The notes beneath the pieces were generated by a model. That model was not told the origin of the DNA and ran no database searches. It saw only the letters and a program-made list of their open reading frames with translations. From positions 1 to 64,000 of IMG/VR virus record IMGVR_UViG_3300027573_000023: a stretch of DNA of 64,000 nt; one strand, given 5' to 3'. The position numbers were made by a program, and so were the translations under genes. The DNA comes from a virus. Of the stretch, positions 1 through 12,000 are shown piece by piece; the stretch's first letter is position 1, and each line of letters starts with the position of its first letter.

Positions 1-3000
1 AAGGCCTATGCTGATCAAAGATTTTCCTCTATGTTTGACAATGAGGTGAATAGATATTTTGACGACCTCAATAAAAAGATGGAAGATGCTCTTCCTAACT
101 ACTATACCCATGCTGAACAGGATTCCAGATGGTATTCCACTGATAATATATGGACAGCTAACTTCTGGTCTGATAAAGTTATCAAGAACTTAGGATATTC
201 TGCAGGTTCAATGCTTGGTGGTGGACTTTGGGGTAAAGCTCTTAAAGGTATATTTGGGATTAACAAGTTAGTTAGAATGGGAAAAGGACTGGAACTAGCT
301 AAAGGTGTTGATGATGCTATTGCATCAACTACAAGATTAAGTAGATTTGGTGCTGTTAGTGAAGCAATAGGTAGTATGGGTGCCAAAACTTTAAACCAGG
401 CTGGTAAAATTATATCCAATAGTGAAAGAGGAATTGTCTCTCTTATGGGTTCTGCTGGAGAAGCCAGTATGGAAGCTCTAGGTAATATGAATAATTACAG
501 GGATAAGATGATTCAAAATTACATAGATAGAAATGGTTACCCTCCTACAGGTGATGACTTACTTGAAATTAATAATCATGCAGAGAAAATAGGTAACTTT
601 ACCTGGGGAATGAATGTAGCTCTGCTTACAGCAACTAACTATATGATGCTCCCTAAAATCTTCAACAGTTCTAAAGCTGCTGAAAAAAGAGCAATGAATG
701 AAGTTATTAAAGAAGGAGCAGAGGAAGGATTACAGGGATTAGAAAAAACAATGGCCAGAGTGGACGCTGCATATGTATCCAAACCTTTCATTCTTGAGAG
801 AATTGCTGGTAAAAAGATTGGTGGAGCCTTTGATAAGTACTTAGTTAAACCTGGAGCTCTGTTGTTTTCAAGAATGGAAGCCTTTGAGGAAGGTATGCAG
901 TTTGCAATTGAATCAGGAACAGAAGATTATTTTAAAAGAGCTGAAGAAAATAACGAAGATATTGCAGATTTCTGGGATAATTTTACAGGTACCATGGGTA
1001 ATATCTTTACTGAAGGTGTTCATAAAGCTTTGACCACTAAAGAAGGATTGGAAAGTATTCTTATTGGTGGTATTTCTGGAGGGTTACAAGGATCATTCTC
1101 TCCTTTTGGAGACAGTAAGTTGAGAGAAAGAGGTATCACAGGAAGAGGAGGATACAAAGGAAAAAATACTGATGCTGCTATTCAGGAACTAGGTAAGGGT
1201 ACTTTGACTAAAGCATTGAAAGATGCTAAAAAATATTTTAGTATTGGTATAAATTCCCAACAACTAAGACAAGCAGCAATTGCTGACAATAATACTCTGG
1301 CTGAAAAAGACTATGAGAGAGATTATGTTCAGGCTTATATTATGCCAAGAATCAAATATGGTAAACTTGAAGCCATAAAAGAAGAAATCTCTTTGTATAG
1401 AGAACAAGCAATGGCTAGTGATAAAGCTTTTGAGGCTATGCAGGATGAAGGTATTGTTTTAGAGAATGAAACAAGAGATCAATTTCTTGGTCGCTTATCC
1501 AGTCTTGAGAACACAGCTGTCCAAATGGATAAAATCTATAATACTATTAGTGACAATTACTCAGCTACAATGACTCCTGATGGTAAAAGAGTATATCCTG
1601 ATGATGTTGTGGATATGTTGGCTTATGCTTCTGGTAAAGTATTAGATTATGATACCAGATTAAGAGATTTAAATAGTTCTTTATTGGCAAGAGATGTTAA
1701 AACTCTTCCAATTGAAGAAGCTATTAAAGCAAGTGAGGGGTGGAAAACAGGAGATGTAAACAAAATTGTTAATGACAAAGATGTTAAACAGGCTACTCTT
1801 GATGCTCTTGCTGCAATAGAATCTCAAGAAGTAGATCCTAATAAAGATAAAAAAGATATCAAAAAAGATTTGGTAGACTTTGCTTCTATGTTGGTTAAAA
1901 GAAAAGCTTTTGCAACTGAGTATGAGAATATGAAAGCTAAGCCAGAAGAATATACAAGAGAAGAAAAGATTGATGTTACTGACCCAACTGGAGCACTTAA
2001 AAGAGACCCTACCAAACCAAGAGAGTCAATAATAATTAAAACCAAAAAAGGAGATAAACAAGTCTTTATTGGTGAGATGTATATGCAAGGCAGAATTACA
2101 GAGAAGAGTGCTAAAGATCATGATGTCTATAGTGCTCCTATAATTGTAGTATTAGGAAAAAATGCAGATGGTACATATAAAATCAAAACAGCTAGTGGAA
2201 AGATAGTAGATAAAACTGCTCAGGAATTAGAAGAAGACAGTCTTTCCTTAGTAGAAGATTTAAAACAAAATAAAAAGGTAGCTTTCTATATAGCTAACTG
2301 GAATACTATATATAAACACAGAGGAGCAAGAGTTAATGGTAAAGCTGCCATGGGTAGAATCCATTATGATAAAGAACTGGACAGAATAATGTTTGTTTAT
2401 AAAAATCACAAAGGACAATTGGTACAAAAAGAGGTTATAAATACTGACCTCTCTATGAAAGAAGCCATTGCACAAGGATATAAACAACCTAAAATGACTC
2501 CTGAAGGTGTGCTTACTCCTAAGCAACAGGCAGCAACAGATGCTTTTGTAGCACAAAAAACTTCTATTTCTGAAAAGTTAAGAGTAAGAAATAGTATTAT
2601 GGTTGATTTGTATAACACAAGCAAAGAACGTTTGGATAAAGTTGTCAAAGATTTAGAGAATGCCAAACAAAAACTAGCTTCTGAAACTGCCAAATTAGAA
2701 CAACAAATTAAAGAAGAGGCTGTAACCAAAACAGGAGAGGTACGTAAAAGAACAACCAAACTTTTCAGAGACCTAACTAAAACTCTTGCAACTCTAAGAG
2801 AAACTCTTACTAATGATATTGAAGAACTGGAAGCTGAAAGAGAAGAGTTAGAAGCAACTATTCCTCAGTTTAAAGTTTTCTTAGATGATTTGGGTTCTGC
2901 TCCAGAGAGTGGTTTTGAAATGATTAAACAACTTAAAGGAGATATCAAAGATCTAGGAGAATTAGTTGAAGCTACTAAAGATGCTATCAAGCAAACTAAG

Positions 3001-6000
3001 TCAATGTTAGAGCATGTGAATGAGTTATTGGTAAATGCTCTTGGCGTGCTTAATACCTATATCAAAGATTTAAAAGCAAAAAATCCTAACATACCATTAT
3101 TCGTAGATGACTTAATAGACAGAATAGAAAAATACCTAGGTCCTGAGGGAGCACAGAAATATGTGGATGATAGGCTTGGTCTCACAGAACAAGTGGTAGA
3201 GCTCGAGAGTGATATCAATAATTTCAAAGCAGAAATTAATGTACCTGCCCTTGAGAAGAGAGCTGGCGTCCTTACTGCTGATCTCCAGGAGCTTGAAAAA
3301 AGCTTAGCTGAATTGCTTGCTATGCAGAAAGCCAAAGAGGTAATATTAAATGAATTCAAAGAGTATGCTGTAAGAGAAGCAGAAACTAAGAAGGAGGAAA
3401 AGAAACTACAATCTAATCCTGACTTCTATAAACTTCTTGTGGGCACATTAAATAAAATTGCACAGAACTTCTTTGGTGGAAGAGATTATGAAGCTGAAGC
3501 CAAGAAACCAAATGTTGCTGTAGTATCTTCCACTCGTGCTATTGATGATGGTAAACCTCATCAGGCCAGAGCTAACCATTTTGGTGCAAGACTGGATAAA
3601 ATGCCTGACAGAAAAAGAAAAAACATAAAAGGTATTATAGTTACCCAAAAAACTCAGGCAGGAGTTATCGATGGCCTTGTTGAGCATTTACTCTCTATGG
3701 TTGAGGATGCAGAAGAAAGAGCTAAATATCCTGCAGATGAGTTTATAGTTATGGTTATGGTTGAGACTGACAGAAAAGGAAATAAGTTTCTTGTAGACCA
3801 GGATGGTAAACGTATCCCTGCAGGAGCTGATGTTCTTAACACTGCCATCTATCAAGTGTTCCCTACCAAAAAACTACAGGGAACTTACAGAGATGCAAAT
3901 GGTAAAAAAGTTTTAGGCAGTATGTTCAGAGATGATACTCCTAAAAATGTAGTTGATTCTCTTACTGCACAATATGAAGAATGGGTAGATAAACAATTAG
4001 CTTTGGATAAACACGAAGCAGCTTATGATATAACTGCTTCCTTTGGTTTCCCTGACTTTGTTAAGTATATGGGTGAGACTAAAGAAGAGATAGACCATAA
4101 TGCAAGAACCTCAGCTAAAGCTGCAGGGCTTATAACAGATAAGGATTTAGAAATAGGACCTGTAGTTTCAGTTAAAATGAGTAGTAATCCTTTTACTGTA
4201 GGTAATACTACTTTCAAAGATCCTAAAGGAAGAGTGTTCTTGGTTCTTAAAAATGGTGTTGCCAAGTTATTTAACAAAAACTTTTCAGAGGATGAGGCTA
4301 TTGTGATTTATGATGTAATGCATCAAGTATCCAAAAATCTTCTCAATAATGGAGGTAAATCAGATCCTGAGACAGAAGTACTATTTGACTGGCTTAGATC
4401 TACAGTATATTGGGGATTTGCAAAAGACAGAAAAGGTAAAGAAAAACCAGCTGGCTACAATAATATATGGTTTAAGAAAGTAACTGATGAGAAGGGTGAA
4501 GATAAAGTAAGATTGTTTATCTCTGGAAAAACCACTGATCCTGCTCAGGCTATGGAATTCACTCCAAGACAATTGGAAGCCAGAAGAGGAGAGATACTTA
4601 TAGCTCTTCAAAAGATGTACAATAATACAAGTAATCATCTTTCCAATGAAAAATGGCAGGATCAATATGTTGAGATAATTGGCATAAAACCAGATGGTAC
4701 TCCTGAAACTAGAGAGTGGCTTAACTATCAGACTTATTTATTATCAGATACATATCCTGATGGAAGTGAAAGAACAGGAGATAAGATACCTCTAACAACA
4801 AAATTCAGACCATTAGTGGATGAGAATGATACCAACAGAAAAGGTATATACTTCTCTCTTACAAGTGGTCCTAAAATATTTGAAGAGCCTGAACCTGAAA
4901 TACCTAAAGAAGTTCCTGAAGAAGCACCTGAAGAAGATGAGGAAGTGGAGGAAGAAGAACCAGGTTATGTTACTGAAGAAGGATATGTATTCAATGGAAC
5001 AAAAGAGAATACCATAATGCTTAACTCAGGTCCTGCTACCTTTACTATGGATATCTACAAGCATATGTTGGATGGTGCAGGACTATCTGTCTCTGCTCCT
5101 GGTTCTACAGTTGATGCTGTTATGAAGAAATTCAATGAGACTGAAGCACAGGCTATTGAAAGAATTACAAATACTGTAGCAACAAAGCTAAAAGATACCA
5201 TTGATCAGGCCATGTCTGATTTACAGGCTGAACAAGAAGAAGGAAAAAAAGGAACAGAAGGAGTTCCTGAAGATCCTAAAGGCCCTCCAGTTAAAGTGGT
5301 TCCTACGCCTACTGTAGTGGGAGGGATTGACTTCAGTGGTAATACTTGGAATGACTTAACTATAAAGTTTGGTCCTATAAGATTTAAAATGGATGCTAAG
5401 AAGTTCTTGGCAGGTGACAGATCAAGAGATGCCATTGATGTTGAAGTTGATGATGTTATTCTTGAGGCTATCAAGACAGCTAAAGCAGCTGAGGGATATG
5501 ATGACCAGGATGCTATTGCTTTTGTTTATCAAAATATATTGTTCTTAATCAAGGATCAGTTGGCTTTGTTTGATATCAAACAGAACGCCACTCCTCCATT
5601 GAACAATCCTCCTGTTGAAGAAACTGTTGTTGAGGAAGCTGAAACTCAGGTTATTCCCTATAAAGGAAATACCTATACTGTTGATTTTAAAACAGGTACT
5701 GTTACAAATAACAAAACAAAAAAAGTTGTATCTCCTACTTCAGTTGTAGGTAAGGCAGTACTTAACCAAGTGGATTGGGATAAAGGAGAGGAGAATGTGG
5801 AAACTCCAGAAATTAAACCTGTATATCTTCCTGATACACCAGATGACTTCAATGATACACCTCTATTGAAAAGTATAGCCTCTGGCTTGAAAGTAGTATA
5901 TGTTCCAAGATTCATCCAGGAAGAAGCTTATAAAAATGATAAGCAAAATCAAGGACACCAATCTATTGACAGAATAATAGAAAGAGGAGGATATTCCGTA

Positions 6001-9000
6001 GAGGAATTATTTAACTTATTACCTAATTGGAGAGAACTAATAAACAAAAAACTTGCTGAAAAAGCTAAAGCACCTAAAGCTCCTGCTGCTGTAGAAGTAC
6101 AGAAACAAATTGAGGAAGTTAAGGAAGAAGGTAAAACAGCAAACGCTGCTGTAAAAACTGATATTGCTAATGCCAATAAAGTTAATCTTGAGGAAGCAGG
6201 TAAACCAGACAAGATTGATATCAACGACCCTTCGATTGGAACTGATGAGAGCGACGAGTTTGATTATCGTTTAGAAACTCTTGAACAAGCTAATGCTTTT
6301 GAAACTGAAAACTGGAAAAAAGTTGAAGAATTTATAGGTGAAAACTTTCCATGGATTCCTGTTTATAGAGTAATGAATATGATTAAAGCCACTAATGGTA
6401 GACAAGCCCATGGTGCCCTGCATAAAGCTGCTATCTATCTGTCTCAAAATGCTGAGGTTGGTACTGTATACCACGAGGTATTTGAGGCTGTATGGAAAAT
6501 GTTTGCTGGTCCAAAAGAAAAAGAGGCTATCATCAGAGAGTTCAGAAGCAGACCAGGGTACTTTATAGACAGAGAAGACCCACTACAAAGAAGAATTAAA
6601 TATTCTCAGGCTACCAGTCACCAGATAAAAGAACAGTTAGCAGAGGAGTTCAGAGATAAAAAGTTATATGGTAAAGACCCTATTACATATAAAGGAAAAA
6701 ATCAAGGCAACCTTATCAAAAGATTATTTGATGATTTGATTAATTGGTTAAATACATTCTTTACAGGGAAAGAAGCTATCAGCAATACTGAAAAATTATT
6801 CAGTAAAATAAGTAGTGGTTATTACAAAACATATAATCCTTACTTAACAAAATTATCTTTTGCTCAGGCAGGGATAATTGATATTGCAGATATTGATGTA
6901 GGTGATAGTGCTGAGTTGAGAATAAATAATATCCCTGCTATGCAGATTCATGATATTATTCAATTCATGACATTTAAAGCACTCTCTCCACTAGCTGAGT
7001 CTAATGAGATATTGTTCTCTCTTAAAAATGTTTTGGCTAAAGATAAGGGTAAAGCATATGAAGATTTAAAAAAACAGGTGCTCAGCAGACTTAAAACACA
7101 AGCCTTAACCTTATCAAAACAAGGTACTGAAAAAGGAGGATTTACCCCTGGAGAACAAAGAATGTATGAAAACATTGTACAACTATTTGATACTGTTCAG
7201 GATGAGTGGGATGAAATTGTTGAGAAACATGCTGAGCATTTAAAAACATTTGGGTTAGAGTTTGATGAAAATGATGAGTTAAATTTAAATACAGAAGAAG
7301 CAGAAGGTAAATCTGATTGGCAAGATGCAAGAACTATTGATAGCTTCAGAAAAGCTAACAGCGCAGTTAAGTTATTGTTAGGTACACTGCCTGCCAAGAG
7401 AATGGTAAATGGCAAACCTAAGATTATATTGTCTTCTATTGGTGGTCCTACATTATTACCTGCAGATGCTATTCATATAGATATGCAGAACAGGCTCCAC
7501 GATGCTGTTACTCCTGGTGAGATGATGGAGAGATTGAATAACATAGCTCTGAAAGAAGCTAATTATCACCAACTATTCAGACGTCTTACAGGACAAGACC
7601 CTTCTGAAAATGAATATGATTTCGCTGATATAGATGAGTCTGACTTCAGATTGATTAGTGCTTTCTGGAGAACCATGAAGAAACAGAATGCTGATGTTGT
7701 TACAGTATTTGTTCAGCCTTCAGGAGAAGTTTTTGTTAGTGATAGTACTTTAGCCAATGCTTCTAAGGAATCAAAAAGATCTATGATGGGAAGTATTATA
7801 GCTGGTATGAAAGAAGAAACAACTCCATACTTTACATATGGGAAAGATGGTAAATACAGAGCTACAGATGTACTTAAGAAAGTGACGTTTGATAAAATGA
7901 ATTCATATACAAAATTTCTGGAAGGGTTGGGAATCATAATAGATCCTATCAGAATGGAAACAGAGTTTATGCCTCATGAACAAAAGAAATTCAAAGAGAT
8001 AGTAGCGTGGATACAAAGTACCATAGCTGAGATTGGAGATAAAGAAACAGTGGTTGATCCAGAAACTGGAGAACAAGTTACATTGGATAGTGCAATTATG
8101 ACCATTAATTCCACTACTCTTGATATTGATACACGTATGTCTCAACTTGGCGTCTTTAAAGCCAAGCTCGATAATCCTATATTTGAGAGCACATACTTTA
8201 ATATCAATGGGCAACGTACACAATCTTATGTAGGTCCTAATGCTCCAAGTAATTTCTATGATGTTATTTCCAAAGTACAACACTTTGAAGAAGACTTACA
8301 AGAACCACAGAATAGAGGATATCGTTATCTGTTAACAGACAAATTTGCTAAGGGTAGCTTGATACTTAAGAGAATGTTTGTACAGGAGAAAGATGGTACT
8401 TTCTCTGATAGAATAAGTGGTTCTGAAGGAATTATGAAAACTACTTTTGTTGATGGTACTGTAGATGAATATACTGGTAAGAAAAAAGAATCCTCAAAAT
8501 TAAACTATGCTCAACGATTTCTGCAGGAAATCAATTTGAATATAGAAGGTATTTTCCTTAACCTGGTTCCTGGAGACTCTTCCATAGAGCATGCTAATAG
8601 ATTACACCATGATGATAAACCTTTTGTTAATACTTCAGCTTATCAAAATAAACTACATCTAGCAATCTTTAGGGATTATTTTATATCTGAAGTAGACTTG
8701 GCCAGAGATGATCGTCCTGTTGTAGGAGATAGAAAGACTACTGATTTACGTTTCTTTAAATCTATACTTGCTGATCCTAAATCTAAAACTCCTAATGCTT
8801 TACATGATATGATTATGTACAGTGATGAAAGTGGTGCGCTTACTGCTGAGGAGTTATATGATGATTATAAAAAAGAAATTGATATTGCTGTACAAGAGTA
8901 TATAAAACAAGAGGCAAGAGATACCAAAGAATTATTTGATAGGTTTCAAATAATTAAATCAACCAAAGAGGGACTGGTAGCTCCAGGTTTGAATTTCAAA

Positions 9001-12000
9001 GAAGAAGAACTTTCTGGAGAGTTTCTTAAACAGAAACTTGAGGTGCTTTCCACTAACTATATAATAGCCAATATTGAGATGCACAAACTAATTTACTCAG
9101 ATCCTTATCAGTATACTGATGAGTTGAAACGTATCAAAAACTTTAACTCTCCAAGACAGGCATTATTATTTGGTACCCCACAACTTAATGCTTTTCTGCA
9201 TAGTTTCTACAATAAAGGAGTTGACCCTAAAGATAAGTCTGCTTACTCTGATTTTAACAGAGATCACTTTAGAGCAATCAATATTGCTGACATTCTTGGT
9301 ATTGGAAAAAATATTGGCTACTCAGAACCTACTGAAACAACAGATGGTGGTGGATATATTACCATACAGGGTGCACGTAAGTTTAAATTAAGAGTAGGTG
9401 AGTGGACTCCTGCAAATGAAAAACAGTTTCAACATGACTTAGGTTATGAAAGATTAGCTAAATCTGGTGCAAGTAAAGAAGCACTTAAAAAATATGAGAG
9501 AAAGAATCCACATGTTAAGAACACTTACACTCCTATAAAACCTATTGTTTCTGGTAATAAAGAAAATGGTAGAGATTATAATGATGTAGTGTTACATAAA
9601 TTTGCGTTAATTCCTATATCATATAGAATATTACATCAACTGGAAGAAAATTCCATGGCTGTAAAACTTTATGATAAAATGATTGATGAGGATATTGACT
9701 ATGCAGTATATGCTTCTGGAAGTAAAGTGGGTACTGAAAAAGTTCACGATATATATGACAGAGAAACTGGACAGTTTAATGATGCTCCTTTTGAAACAGA
9801 AGCAGAGAAACATGGTTTAATGACCAACGATTTTAAACGTGGAGTATCAAATATTCCTTTCTCTATTGTAGGTTTACAAACTGAAGTTCCTTCTAAAGAC
9901 ACACCATTAGTAACACAAGGATCTCAGATAACCAAGTTGGTTACCATGGACTTCTTGGAAGCTGGTGTACCTATTGACTTTATGCCTGGTGAAGAAGATT
10001 ATATGAAAAGATTTAAAGCTTGGACTAAGCTTGATGAGAAAGGCAGAATGCAATCTGAATTGTACAGAAAGATTAAACATAACCAAGAACTTCTTGAAGA
10101 AAAAATTATTGAGGGATATGAGTCTTTGCTTAAAAAATTAGGTATTGAAGCTACTGTTAATGATGAAGGTGAAGCTGTTTTTATAATTAAAAGCAGAGAA
10201 AGATTTATGAAAACCCTTAAGGATGAGATTCTTAAAAGAGAAGTTAATGATAACATCACTGCTTCTTTTGAAGGATTTGAAGATGGCCATGTCTTACTTG
10301 AAGCTACTCCTTCATACCAACAGATAAGAAATATACTTTACAGTATAGCTGATAAGAGTGTTGTAAGACAAAAAATCTCTGGGGGATTGAAAGTACAAAT
10401 TCCTTCAGCAATGCTATTGGATAAATTCAAAGTTATTGTTGGTACTTTTACAAATGAGAAAACAGGAGAAACTAAACCTATACTTGAGTCTGAAGAATTG
10501 GCATTTTATGAGAATGAAGATGGTAAGCGTGTGTGCGAGATTATGGTTGCAAGATGGTTTAAAAGCACTAAAACTGATGAGGAGTTACTGGAGTACTTCA
10601 ATGAAGATCCTGAGGGCCAGAAACAATTGGCTGCTCTTACAGGTATAGCTTTTCGTACCCCTACACAGAAACAAAACTCTATCGAAGTATTTAAGATAAA
10701 AAGATTCCTTCCTGAAGATTTTGGTGATAGTGTTATTGTTCCAGCAGACATTGTTAAAAAAACTGGATCTGACTTTGACATTGATAAATTATCTATTTAT
10801 TTAAAATCATTGTTTGAAGATGTTGATGGTAAGATAAAAGTTATTCCTTTCTATGGATATGGTCAACAGGCTAAAGATAAGTTTGGGGCTATGTTTGACA
10901 AAATATTAACCACTGAAAGACATAAAGCTATTTCAGGATTTGCAAATGCAGAATACATGAATGATATGTTTCGTGATATTGCTACTGGAAAAGCTACATC
11001 TAAAGACAGAGAGAAATGGATTCCTAAATTCCACGATATGTTTAGTGATCTTGCAGATGAGAATGGTGTTATTGATGCAGAAGATGTGAGACTGGAATTC
11101 TTATACAGTATTCAGAAAAAAGGTAAAACTCTACTTAAGCTTACTAATGAAGATTTACAGGATGTGCAGAGAGATCTATTTATGGATAAGATGTATAGAA
11201 AATCTTTGGAGAATGAATATATCAGCTCTCTTGAAGATTTAGTTTCTGATAAACATAATTTTGATGCTTTGGTTAGACCTAACTCTGCAGAGGATCTTGT
11301 AAAACTTAATAATAAAATCAATGAGTTAAAAGGCATTCCTAAAACTGACTATACCAATGTGGGTAATATGTTGAGCAGAAAGTTTATGTCAAAACAAAGA
11401 CACAATTTCGTTTCTGGTAAACAAGGAATTGCTATTGCTGCTATTGCTCAAACTAATAATGCCCAAAACCAACGAAGCCCTATATTTACAGATTTCAGAA
11501 AAATTTATCAAGCAGGCTTTAATGAATTGGATAAAACTATCTTAGGAGGTAATTCTAATGCTGTTACTTATGCCAATAATCATAGGATTAATTTTAGAAA
11601 CTATAATGCAATTGAAGTAGATGGTGTTATATATCCTACTTTATCCATTTCTACAGCTAAACAGACTTTAGCTGAAAAAGTTGCAGGTAAAGCAAAAGAG
11701 TTTATATCTGATACTATAGGAATGTTTATTGATGGTTATGTGGACGTTGCTAAAGGTGCCTGGATTATGGAGATGGGAGCAACTTATAATACAGCAGGTA
11801 CCTGGTTGTTCCTACTTAAACTTGGTATTCCAAGAAAAGATGTGGCCTACTTTATGAATCAGCCAATCATTGTTGAGTACTTACAGTTGATAGAAAATAA
11901 AGGACAGACATGGTTGTTCTCTGATAGAAATATATCAGAAGCATTAGCAATGTTTGAGCCTATAAAAGCTATGGATAAAGAAGAGGTAGATAGAATTAAA

